Part shown: positions 24,901-36,500 of the stretch, in pieces
Position numbering within the stretch: position 1 is the stretch's first letter
Layout of the letters: each line of letters starts with the position of its first letter
NCBI GenBank assembly: GCA_002633005.1
Contig: NMRA01000051.1
Span: 561,273-625,272 of the forward strand
From: Phoronis australis
Taxonomy: Eukaryota; Animalia; Phoronida
Length of the DNA: 64,000 nt
Reading direction: 5' to 3'
The notes under the pieces: generated by a model
Database searches by the model: none
What the model saw: the letters and a program-made list of their open reading frames with translations, nothing else
What the model was told of the DNA's origin: nothing
Translations under genes and position numbers: made by a program

Positions 24901-27697
24901 TATACCTGCTTTAAAATTTGCGATCTGATTGTTTATGGTTGGGATATAAAAATAGTTGACTATTGATTATATAATTATGTTGAAGAGGTTTCTATTTGTA
25001 AGGGACTATTAAGCAAATATCAGTGACAGTGTTCATATGGACACTGGTGTTTTTCCCAAAACAAGATTACATTTATTTCATACCACTGTGCTGTTAATAT
25101 CATATCAGTGTATTATATTGATATGCTGTTCTTACAGATTTCTGAACTTTGTTACCTGTTATTTAGGCCGGGCATCAGCAACGCCATCTATTGACATGTT
25201 TATTACTCTCATGAAGCTGGGGTTAAAGGGATACAAGCAACTGCTGAAGGACAGGAAAGAAATGTTCAACTATCTGGCTGATGAGTTGTCAAAGTGTGCC
25301 AAAAAATATGGTGAGCAGTGCCTAAAGACACCGCACAATCCCATATCAATGGGTAGGTTTGTTGGTATATTTTATGTGGCTTGAAAACTATTGTGGTTAT
25401 ATACCTTTACAAGTCCAATTAATCAAACAAACTGTTTTCTTATTATGACGGCTTGTTTCGATAACAGTAGAAATTATTGGTAATAATTATTCGTGTTGCA
25501 AAGTGATAATTACGGAATGGCTGATCCACCTTTCGCGTTAATTCTCCTTCATATTCGGTCACGAGGGACGATGAATTTGGCTTCCACCCAGCCGTCATGA
25601 AGGGAAATGTTGGGTAATTTTCTCTGAATAGTTTTGGCTTGTACAGTAACTGTTGAACCTCTGAATTGTCCAAGTTTGTGGCTGACTTTGGAACATAATA
25701 TCTCAGAAATAGCTGATTAGATTCATATCAAACTTTCAGATATTTTGCGTTATGTAGTGTTCTCCAAAACTAATTGTCTTTAAAATGTTCCACTTTTGAA
25801 TTAGGGACTATCAAAAATGAGGCTTTTATAATTTTCTTGAAAAACTCCGATGTTGCATAAAGTGAAGTCATGAAATTGTAACGGTATTTGTGACATCTCA
25901 TTTTGAACCTACATCTCGATTAAAATGTTATTGATACTGTTGCTTTGCTATGAGTGCACCTTTCTTTTTTGTTAAATTTTACTAAGGCATGGTCACGTGA
26001 CCCAATTAACGACAGATCGGTAAAAAGTAAAAGAGTTAAATTGTTTATTTAAGTCCTTAGTATGACTTGAAGTTCGTAGGTGTTTTTGACACAGTCATGT
26101 TCTTAACCAAAATTTTTAATTTATCTGCATGTAGATCGTGAAATAATGGTGCCTTGTCGCGAGATCAAAACTACAGTTGAACCTCTTTACAACAAACCAT
26201 CTGTAGAACATTAACAGCGATATAATGTATAAACTTCCACTTCCCAATTTTACCCAATGTATTTGTACTCTGGTTACAATGAACTGTAGTTATATTACAG
26301 AGATTGATTACGTTACAACGAAGTCTGACTGTTTTGCACTCTAGTTTTTTAATATGAAGTAGTTTCAAATTCATATTTGGTGATTTGGAGGAACACTCTT
26401 TTTAATCAATGAATGAATGAACACTATGTTGTTGGTATTGAATTGTGATAAACTACAATTTTGCACCAAACTTATTGTTCTTACCTCCGCCAGAGGGCTC
26501 TAGTTACTAATCCCACATGACTATAATTTCACAAATGTCTCAAATTGTGTATAAGAAATGACTGTAAAATTCTTATTTTTTTATTTATCAAAGCAATGAC
26601 TCTCACCTTGCCAGAGTCTGATTCAAAGGCCTACACTGAACTTGGATCCATGTTATTCACTAGGAATATATCTGGCACAAGGTAAGATTTATCACTAGGA
26701 TGTAGTTAACAATTTCCCTAACGCATAAAAAAATTCAGGCTTTTTGTTACCTGGTTATTTGAAGAATTTAACACATCAGCAAAATGTTTCCTCGGGTTAC
26801 ACAGTTCATTTATGTTTTTTGCAAATAATCATGATTTTCGTGTTGTTTAAGTCTTGGTGTGACTAAATGGCTTGTTTTGAGAATTGAGTAAAAATACTTT
26901 GAGATTTTACACCTAATGATCAGTTTTAGGTTGTAGATACACGTTCCTAGTTAAAATTGTTTAAGTAACTTTGACACAATGAACATTTAGGAAAGGATAC
27001 TTTGTTTAATAGTTGGAATGTCTTAAAAAGCAAACATCGTTTCTCAGTGAAGTTTCGAAGCAAGATGTATGGACTAATCCTAAGGATTCAGTGCAAAATA
27101 GTAAAGTGATTTTTCTTTTTTGTGTTTTTTGACTTGAATTAAGGCGAGTGCAAAAAGTTTTTGCCATTTCTTTGGGAAAATATACCATCTTAGTATGAAG
27201 CATTTTATTGACCAGATTTTCTGACATACATTAATTTGCTACTGACGATTCAGAAGAAAATCTTGCTGAATAGTTTCATTACAGAGTGAAACTTCTCGAA
27301 TCACCTTGAACATAGTTACATTGCAGTATGAAACTTCTTTAATTTTGAACAGTCTCTAGAGTGTGGAATGCATTAATCTCTTTGAATTTATAGGGTGGTA
27401 ACGGCTATGGACTCGAAAGAAATCAATGGGTGCACATTTAAAGGGTATGGGTCTCATGCGGACAACTACAAATGTGCATATCTCACAGCTGCGGCCGCTG
27501 TGGGAATGCGGAAAGAGGATGTAGATGGGTTTGTTAAAAAATTGGAGAAAGTGCTGTCTAATGTCAAAGGAAAACGAGCAATGAGAGATGCACAAGAGAT
27601 CGCGAACATGGATAGGGAAGTGTGGAAGGACTTGAGCTGTGGCTCTGAAGCTGGACTGGAACAGTGGATGAAGACCGGGGATGTGGCGAAAAGTTGA
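15598..27697 (+). CDS. SEPSECS: O-phosphoseryl-tRNA(Sec) selenium transferase (selenocysteine synthase), 503 aa to the first UGA
   Basis: Ten phase-consistent exons: 15598-15711, 17849-18003, 19286-19404, 20141-20299, 20462-20615, 23195-23297, 23846-23975, 25167-25352, 26594-26681, 27394-27697 (1512 nt). Motifs [71 protein letters not shown] (PLP lysine), YPGRAS. Confidence 0.97.
15785..15957. repeat. Compound (CA)n / (GTGACACACACA)n microsatellite in SEPSECS intron 1
   Basis: 12-bp units acacacacagtg and acacacacaggg followed by pure (AC)n. Confidence 0.95.
16277..16418. mobile_element. Small MITE-like element
   Basis: Terminal inverted repeats cgttcagta..gctaggacct and aggtcctagc..tactgaacg. 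Confidence 0.55.
18262..18569. repeat. 42-bp minisatellite, about 7 copies, in SEPSECS intron 2
   Basis: Unit aagtgatgcactgtgacaagtcatcttgtagagcctggtctc. Confidence 0.93.
21330..21530 (-). mobile_element. Dispersed repeat family C (copies also at ~29090-29260 and ~35050-35150 on plus)
   Basis: Shared core aatatt.tgaaaa.ttgtgggcattcacaaca..gttagaagccct. Confidence 0.55.
21800..22050 (-). mobile_element. Partial, inverted family A (HINE-like) copy
   Basis: gcaccccctagtgacaaattt and tttttgtgaaattt are reverse complements of family A modules. Confidence 0.5.
23275..23399 (+). repeat. 61-bp tandem duplication of the SEPSECS exon 6 3' end plus donor
   Basis: agtgtatgcacgtcatYcaacag|gtcagtRagcacctcatgtgaggtctgttgttgaaggc occurs twice (23275-23335 and 23336-23396). 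Confidence 0.9.
24295..24373 (-). mobile_element. Decayed tRNA-derived SINE head
   Basis: Minus strand GTAGCTC..AGTGGTAAGAGCACT...GCAATCTAGAGACC..., with an A-box-like segment and a degenerate B-box. Not a foldable tRNA. Confidence 0.45.
25672..26060 (+). mobile_element. Dispersed repeat family B (also ~15105-15260 partial, ~39225-39650, and ~54950-55300 inverted)
   Basis: Shared blocks atctcagaaat.gct..cattcata..aaactttcaga, ttctccaaaa, aaaatgttcca.ttt..ttagggactat.aaaa and gtcacgtg.ccaattaa. Confidence 0.65.
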
Positions 27698-29850
27698 CAT
27701 CCAGTAAATGCCACTGTCTTGTTGTGTCATCCCTTCCAGTGATGTATTTGTTGTGGAGTCTGTCATTTATTTACATGCTCATGTATCAGTAACAAATGAA
27801 ACGCTTGCCATTGTGTACGTAAAATGTTGCATATTTTACTTGAATACAAGAAATGTTTTGTTCAACCCATGAATGCGTCTAATAGTTTTAATTTCCATAT
27901 ATCACTGAAGTGAATTTCTTAAGATTTAATTTCGCCAATGACATCAGGTTTTGTGCTAATTTTCTCACTTTGGTCATTTGTGCCTAAAAGCACATTCCCT
28001 ATTTACCTGTCATATGCTATCCACCAAAAGTCAAAAGTATAGACAAATTGACACACAATTTCTTGTCATGCTGACTTGGTAGAAGCCAAATTCATAGTCA
28101 GAGTAGTCTCCCCTGATGAACGAGAATGAAGGGGAATTACCAGGACAGTTCATGATGTGACTAAGTCTATCAGTCTGTAATTAGAATTTTACCGCCTGAA
28201 TAGTTATTACCAGTCATTTTTCCTGTTAACAGATTAGCTTTCAAGACCGGGAAACTGTATTTTATGTGATTACTTTTGCCTTAAAGTCTATCTTCAACGG
28301 TAACACCAGACGTCCTGTAAATTTGGTTTCAACAGTTTGTTAAAAGCCTCTCTCTGAGCCAACTAATGCCATAAATTGCCAAAAAGTAAAATACATGTAT
28401 TGGCTTGCTTTTGTCTACATCATCGCGAGAATCGCCTTCTAATTCAAACAGCTGCGAATACCACCCACATGCAATGGTGTTCTGTTCAGACCCCTATTCA
28501 ATACAACTGTTATCGGCCTTTTGTTGTTTGTGCTGGGATCTCAAAGTGACGCAACATGACATGAAAAGACAGCTTCGCCTATCATTTGATGACCTTACAT
28601 TTGCGTGATTGAACTCGCGTTTTCTTATGTTACTAAAGGCTTTGCTAGGACTATCTGGTTAGGCCAATACATTTAAAATTATAACAAAATTCAACTGAAG
28701 TTAGGCTTTAAAGTTGTACTGTAGCTGTTTTACACATTTCAACTCTAACTAAATAACCTTAACTACATTTTTGCAGCAGTTAATAAAACAATGCACTTGG
28801 TCTTTCATTTTCTATATTACATGATCGCAAAAAGAAACACTGCGCAGTCACAGTTCATATGCAGCCTGATGTTCGTTTTAAATTATTTTGACTAGCATCG
28901 ATCAACACCTGCAGCTTCTGTGCCAGTCAGTAAACAATAAACCTTGAGAAGCAGCTACGAATAGACATGATTCAATATCGTCATATTTAACAGATTACAA
29001 TTTTTCTTGCCAAAGTAGAAACAATTCCTCCTTAAATGCAATTTCTTACTAATTGACACTGAAAGTCACCAACTATAGCAAAACCTCGTCGCCAATTTAG
29101 GACAAGATATCTCATTATTTGCCAATGATTTTCATTTTGAGAATGTTCTGCCATATCTGCACAATAGCTACCTACAGGAAATATTGTGAAAAGTTGCGGG
29201 CATACACAACATTAGAAGCCCTCAGAAATAAAAAAGTGCAATTTTGTAGTACAAAAGTAGAGAAAAATACCAATACTTGGGAATTTCTTCCTGCTGGATA
29301 TTTTCAAAATTAAATTACAAGTCGGATAAATAGAGATATCAACTTAAAGATATAGCAGACAATTCGACACCTCAGTTGTATCAGATGTATGCAGGCCACC
29401 TAGGTCAGACCTATCGCACAACTTTATGAAACTAGATTTCATATTTATGCAACAAAAAATTCTTGTAAAAAAATACAATTACCAACCATTTAAATAAATG
29501 ACAAAAGACAGTCCAAATACTGCAAAACATTTGCCAAATTAGTAATTCTCGGAACACCTACAAGTACACGATTACCTTCTGATTGCACTCACAAATTGCA
29601 CTAAGATTGGAGATTTTGATCATGATGATCCACGACATAAAACAACTATAACAAAGAGCAGGTTGATAAAAAGTCTACTCTGAAGTTTTTGTATACCTTA
29701 GTAATTGTAATGCTTGCAACCATCCAACAGTTTTCTGCAGATAAGGCTGGGGCATACATTCGGTTAAAGAAAGTCGTGATAAATACACTTCGAGGTGTAT
29801 CAATACTGTTACTGTCAGTAGCTGCACACAAAATGAAACCATGAGAGTTA

Positions 29851-30182
29851 TGTCCACACTACAAGTTACATGTACCCAACAATACCTTGCCCATGTTCAG
29901 CCGATCATCCCAACTACACATCCTATGCTTTGCAACATACATGGCACCAAAAGGATAAGACACGCGTGACTGACCCAACGCAGTGAATAATTACTTCCGC
30001 CATGTTTGCAGGTTTGCACCACACTACGACTTGAGCTGGACCAAGTTGTCCTAGAACAAGTTGCTCTAACTCGATAAGGTTGATAAGTTGTAGCAAGTGG
30101 GGCAAGTTATTCCAGCACAAGTAGCATCCACGTTAAACCAAACAACTTGTTGAAGGAGTAACTTGTTCTCGTAGTGTGGACA
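29851..30182. mobile_element. MITE with tgtccacactac termini (possibly PIF/Harbinger-like)
   Basis: Inverted ends tgtccacactac and gtagtgtggaca, with internal aacaagtt/aacttgtt motifs. Confidence 0.55.
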
Positions 30183-30596
30183 GCACTCAAGTCATGACAC
30201 AATATAGTCAATGTATCGTTGTCCCTCTGCTAGGGATTTAGGATTGAAAATTCGTTAGGTTACAGCTTTCATATACAAATCCAAACTTGGGAAAGTATTA
30301 GGATTTAACCGTGCATACTGAACCCAAATGTACTTTCTGTGTGTTCCTGTGGAAAATCTTGTTTACATACACCTATTGGGCTCATCTAAAGATGTCATGA
30401 CTGTGTTGAAAACTGTTCCTAATGTCAGTCACGGTGACAACATAATGGTTAGCAGTGACCGAGAGACAAAGTTCATAAAATAAATATAAGAAGTACTTCA
30501 TTCAGCTGTCAGTGATTCTAATTTGGAAACACAATTCTGACGAAAAGCAATAAAAGTTCTTTAACGTATAAAGAGATCCTAAGAAGTCAACAACTA

Positions 30597-33500
30597 TCAT
30601 AACACTTGCTCATGTCCTGAGCTGAAGATTGTTTGCCATGAGAGACCATCGCCGTGAGGCAGGTGTGTGGAAGGAAGCAAAATATGCCTGGCAAATGTTC
30701 TGAAACAAGCAAACAAACACCTAAGATAAAGTTTTTCATTCATGCAAAAGAAACGACACACAATACTCAATTACAGCAAAAATCTAATCAGATTAGGATG
30801 CGATATGGTAGACAAATTAACTGCTTTCTCATTTTTTTTCATAAAATGCTAGTTGTAAATAAATGCTTTAGAAGCTTAGAGTTCAATTATAGTTACCACA
30901 AGACATTTTATGAAAATTGTAAGCACTGACAGATAACAACAATAAATAATGGATCAACTGAAATTTTCGGATATAATCACATCCTTTGTCGACAACAGAA
31001 ACAGAAATAATTAAAGTAAAATCAAGCAAAATATGACAAATGGCATCCTGATATTTGGCCTAATAAACATGATAAATTGTTGCGAAAAAGGTAAAGGGTA
31101 TGATTTAAGAAGTCTTTATGTATAATCCATTGGGTTCAAGACAGTGTGTCAAACTTATCTATCCAAAATTGTTCTTTTGAGTCAATGGATTAAACATATT
31201 AAAGACTTCTTAAGTCATATCCTTTGTCATATCGTGTTTGATTTTTTACTTTCTGTTTCTGTTGACAAAGGATGTGATAATATCTGAAAATTTTGATTGA
31301 TCCAATTTCATTGTTTTGTTTACCTATATATATATTCAACATTTCGTCAAACAAGTGTATCCTTTAGAGGATCTGGATCGCCTCTTTTAGTTTCAGATCT
31401 ACATTATTTAGCATTGACAAATTATATACTTTGTTCTGCAACAATGCATCATGCTCATTATGCCATATATCAGATGTTAATTGTCATATAGTATTTGATT
31501 TTACTTTATTTCTGTTTCTGTTGACGAAGGATGTTATTATATTCGCTAATTTGTTATCTTCATATAAATACACTAACTAATTAATAAAGATCCTGAAGTG
31601 AGTTTAGGAGATACAGCTATGGGCGTAAAACAAAACAAAACTACATCTAGAAGGCACCACAGTAATCAAAGTCTTCATCGTCAACCATCCTCTTCACACT
31701 GAGAACGGCAATTTTCAAAGTCATCCTTAGAATAGTTGGGTTGACAGATACTAAAAAATTCAAAAAAAAACAGCAAAAATGCCCACAACGTGGCGCAAAA
31801 TACCTCGATTCTATCTGAAAATGGAACGATGGCGTCATCTCACCAATAGATGCCTATATTTCAAATTTTATGAAAATCGGTTGAGGACCTTTGAAGATAT
31901 AGAATAAGTAAACGTGAAAAACTAAAATTGCCACTAGGGGGCACACCGGTAGTCCGATCCGTCCGAAAGCCATCTTTGTCCGTTGTCAACTTCAAATAAA
32001 TACACTTGCTAAATTTAGTAAAGATCTTGCAAACGGTTTAGGAGATACAGCCGTGGGCGCAAAAAACTGCCACTAGGAGGTGCCACAATAGTTGAAGTCA
32101 TCGGAAAATCATCACCAGCCGTCCTTTTTATAGTACGAACATACGAACATACATGCCAATTTTCATAATCACTCTTAGAGCGGTTTGGTTGATAGAGGGT
32201 TGGATGCCAAAAAACAGACTCAAAAACAGTAAAAATGACCACTAGATGGTGCAAACTATGTCAAATCCATCCAAAAACGAGAGGATAATGTCACCTGACT
32301 AATAGATGCCAATATGCCAAATTTTATGAAAATACGTTGAGGACCTTTGAAGTTACAGCGGTGAGCTTAAAAAGCTAAAATTGCCACTTTGGGGCACACT
32401 GGTAGTCAGATCCGTCCGAAAGTTTGCTCATGCTGTCCCATCCATGAAACGAACACAATTATTGTACAAAATTTCATGAACAGTTGTCAAAGGGTTTTTG
32501 ATATAGAGCAGCGGATGCCAGACAGACGGACAGATGGGGATGACGGCATAATGCGTCCACATTATGAATATGTGGGCAAAGAAAAACCATAGTTTTGGTT
32601 TATGTTTTGTAGTAGAGCCTTCTATTATGTTTTTTAGTAAGGCCTATTAGCATTCTTGATAACAGTCATGATTAACCTACAGACCAAATGGAGTTCACCA
32701 ATTGCTTTAAATGGAAGATTCACCTCTCACAGACTTGATTTAATCTAAAGTAAGTGACTTCCACAGGACTCAATTAGCACTGCGTGAGACTTAAACTTGT
32801 TCCTATATGCCTAAAGAGGATGAGTACAATGAAGATGCCGTAACGAACCTGCCGTGTGAAAGCCCTAGTATTTTTTTCCAGTTATTCTTCACTCCAAAGT
32901 TATACGGGTTCTTGTAAACCTGCAAACAGCCAAGAAACAATTTAAAGCTGAAACAAAGGCTCCCCACCAGTTTAGATGTTATTTTACAAATCTTATTCTG
33001 CGTGACCATCTAATTTTAGTCCAAGAGTCTTAGATTTCTCAGGTAATTTCTGATGATAGAAAAAGTATGAGACTGACTACGTGATTGTATTGCTTTTTAT
33101 TATTTCATATATAAAGAGGAAGTTACGTTCAATCTGTTCTTCATATTGGGAACACTAACACAAACTGGATTGAAGGCAGACTACTTCTATGTTAAACAGC
33201 TTCACATATACTCGTTAACAGAGTCATGCCTTCAACCCAGTTTGTGTTAATTAAGGGTTGCTACCAAACTACTCATATTGGGAACTTTATTAAACAACTG
33301 AGGCTACTCATCAACTGTATGGAGGACAGAATCTTCACAGTTGAGTTCCGAAATTAAGCACCCTATAGTGATTTTAATCTTGATTTATGTCAGACATTTT
33401 AATCTGCAAAAGAAACAATTAAGATGAAAACTACACTACAATCAAACACGCGCATGCTGGTTGGTGAAATTTCCCATAGGGACATTAAAACTTGAAGTTG

Positions 33501-36500
33501 TGACCGTGTGAACATTGCAACCCTGTTCAAAACAAAGTGTAAACAACGCATTGCGTATGGGATTTATGGAATGGAATGATAAATTTAAAGTGATCGAACA
33601 TAATTAACCAGGTTCTTAGTAATACTGTTCAATTGTACAGTCACATAAATAAGCATGAAGATTGGACTTAAACAACGGGGATTATGCAATTAATCATCAT
33701 CGCATTGTAAACTTAAAGTACCGATATCTTATTCCAAGCGACTCACCAGCCCTTGCTTCTTAAACCTCTGCGCCTCTTTTTTATTGATATGCCCCTCAAT
33801 TGAGGTCTCCCCACGACTGATGAGCCATGCGTGCCAAAGCATAAGAAGGCCGAGTGCGATGATGACAGCAAAACACAACATGAACTCAAACAGCACACAG
33901 TTGTGAAACCAGTCTCCCCTCGCCTTGGTCTCTCGGCTCAGGTCTGTGAAAGTGTTAGAGCCATTGGACTAGAAACAGAAAAGATATCACAATACTTTAT
34001 TCGATCAGTGCAAGTAAGAATAAAAGTAATCGATAATACAACTGAAGGTGATTTAATTTAGTAATTTTGAACATAATATTAATTAACTGCTTTGAAATAC
34101 AACCAATGACTACAAAGAGACATAATGGAAACGACAGATACAATACATCAATCTATCACTGACCGCAGGTGGACGAGGAGTCCAGATACCCCATTAAGCT
34201 AATATGCACAGGCACGACAACAAAATTTAAAGAGGCATGGAAAGCAAAACAAAGCTCATCAAAAATATCTTTTTAAACAATTCCTGATGGAACAACCATC
34301 TTGTAACATCGAGCATAGAGTAATTCACTTTCCCCTGAGAGGAAATTTCCAGAAAATATCGCAAAATTCTGTAGTTTTGAAATACACGCCAAGGAAAAAC
34401 TGTGGTTACCACAGAAATTCTAATCTACCTCTCACTTATGATAAATGCATGCATGCGCTCACAGTCAGTTGTTTGAAGTCGCTTGAGGTCAAATGCCACA
34501 TTTTCCATACATGGGAAATGTGCTATGTCTATGTCATGCCATACCAAATAAGGAGACATGCTTTTGCCTTGTGCATGATCGTTTTTTTGAAAGTTGAAAG
34601 TAAAAGAAAATGCTTTGATATCAACAGAAATTAAAAATCTTTACAAACAAACCGTAAAATACCTGGTGAGCCAGTTAAAATTTGTTTCAGTAGCAGAGAA
34701 CCACTTTCAATATTGCAATTTAGTCCGTTTATCACCTTCCAGGCCTCTTTAAGGTAATTATCTTAACATTGAAAACATGCTGTTTTTAAGTGTTGATTAC
34801 CTCCCTGCAATTTAAGGAACAAACAGGTCATTTAAATATGAAATCTACACAGAATAAATCATGCCAGAATCAGTTGAAAATTTTCTTAATCATTTTATGA
34901 GGAGCAATTTCCTTGTCCGTCATGGGTGACAAATTACTGTATGGCAAAATCTCACCAATTCCAGACACAATATGGCAGACAGGTCAAACTTCCTCTCATT
35001 TTCTTTCATAATTGATATACGGCACCGGAATGATGCTTTGCCATATATACTGAGTTCTGCACCATAACTACCAACTGAAAATATTTTGAGTAATTGTGGG
35101 CATTCCAAACAAAGTTAGAAGTCCTTGAAAAATCAAAAAAGTGTAATTTTGGCAATTATCTAAGTCTTATATTGTTGAAATTTTATTGTAATTGGTCTTG
35201 ATAAGGATAATGCTAACATATTACATAAATATTCATTCATCTGGAGCCTGCATTTCACACATTCAAGTGAGATTACTCACTCTATTACAATGTTGAAGCT
35301 CACCTGAGCACTCCAGAAGTCTAGCCATAACTCTAAATTCTAAACACAGTGTTTTTTAAATTTAAAATTTATGGCACAGACCATTGGTTATAATTGTCAC
35401 CACTATCACTGCTTGGTTTACAAACAACTAGACATAGCATTCTATAATTACTATAGAATAAGACCAAAAAAATCACATTTGGTTGTGGTCTCTACTCCCG
35501 TTTCATTTTAGACCAGAGCTTACCTACTAAAAACACCCCATCAATTTCAGCCAAGGTTTTATATCTTAAGCAAGGTTAAGCAAAGTTTGAAATGCAATGA
35601 TATGCCCAATGAAATGCATCATTTGTGGTCATCAGAGATGGATTTTCATTTTGAAAAATCTTGAGATACAACACCGACTCCATTTGATTTTCAAAAAAAA
35701 AAAAACAGAACAAAACCAACTATGTCTTTTCCTTGGCCTTATCTAAAATCTAAACTGACTCCTAGAGAGAAACGACAGTGACATGCCACCAGAAGAAAGT
35801 GAAGAAGGACATTCGCAAGACGAGGAGAACTTAAAGCATAGGGCAGCTTTGACCAAAAACATACTGGCAGCAATGACTCAAAACAAGTCCCGTAAATCTT
35901 CAATGAGAGATGGGCGGTCAGTGAATAGCAACAGCAGGAATGGGTAAAAAAGGTCATCCTTGTCAGATCTTCTAAATGCTGATTTCTCAGTGTAGGCATT
36001 AAGTGTTAGGGACTAGGGTAGTAAGTCAATTGCAAAAGAACATTTAATTTCACTCAACTCAAAATAATTTCAGAAGTACAGCATAAAATTCTAATCATTG
36101 ACTAAACAACCTCAAAGTTGCTCTGTAGAGTACTCTTTAATGTTGCTTTCCCACCAACACCACAACGAGAAACTTCACTTATCTTTACCACTGACTGGCG
36201 ACAGCGGAGTTTCCCTTAATTCTCTGATTGAAACGCCAGGTGGCATATTTGAATCATACTTTCGAACTAATGGATTCGATATTAATAAACATCTCCAACC
36301 ATTTACGATAAATTACACTGCATGCCAGATTGATCAAAGTAATTCTCTGTCTGATTTCTGTCACATTCTTTTACATGCAACTATTGATACGTAGTTGGTA
36401 ATGAAAGACACTAGAATGACGAATGTCTCAAAGCCTTGATTGATTCAGGTTGCAACTTCTGTGATTACTCCAGCAGAGGTGGAGTTAATGTTTCCCACCA

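Noticed and set aside
28545-28612. Possible SECIS (GTGAC/ATGAC ... TGAT) in the SEPSECS 3'UTR
   Set aside because: The helix register is off by one, and the apical AA spacing and loop length do not fit a canonical SECIS by eye. It needs SECISearch3 and is not claimed.
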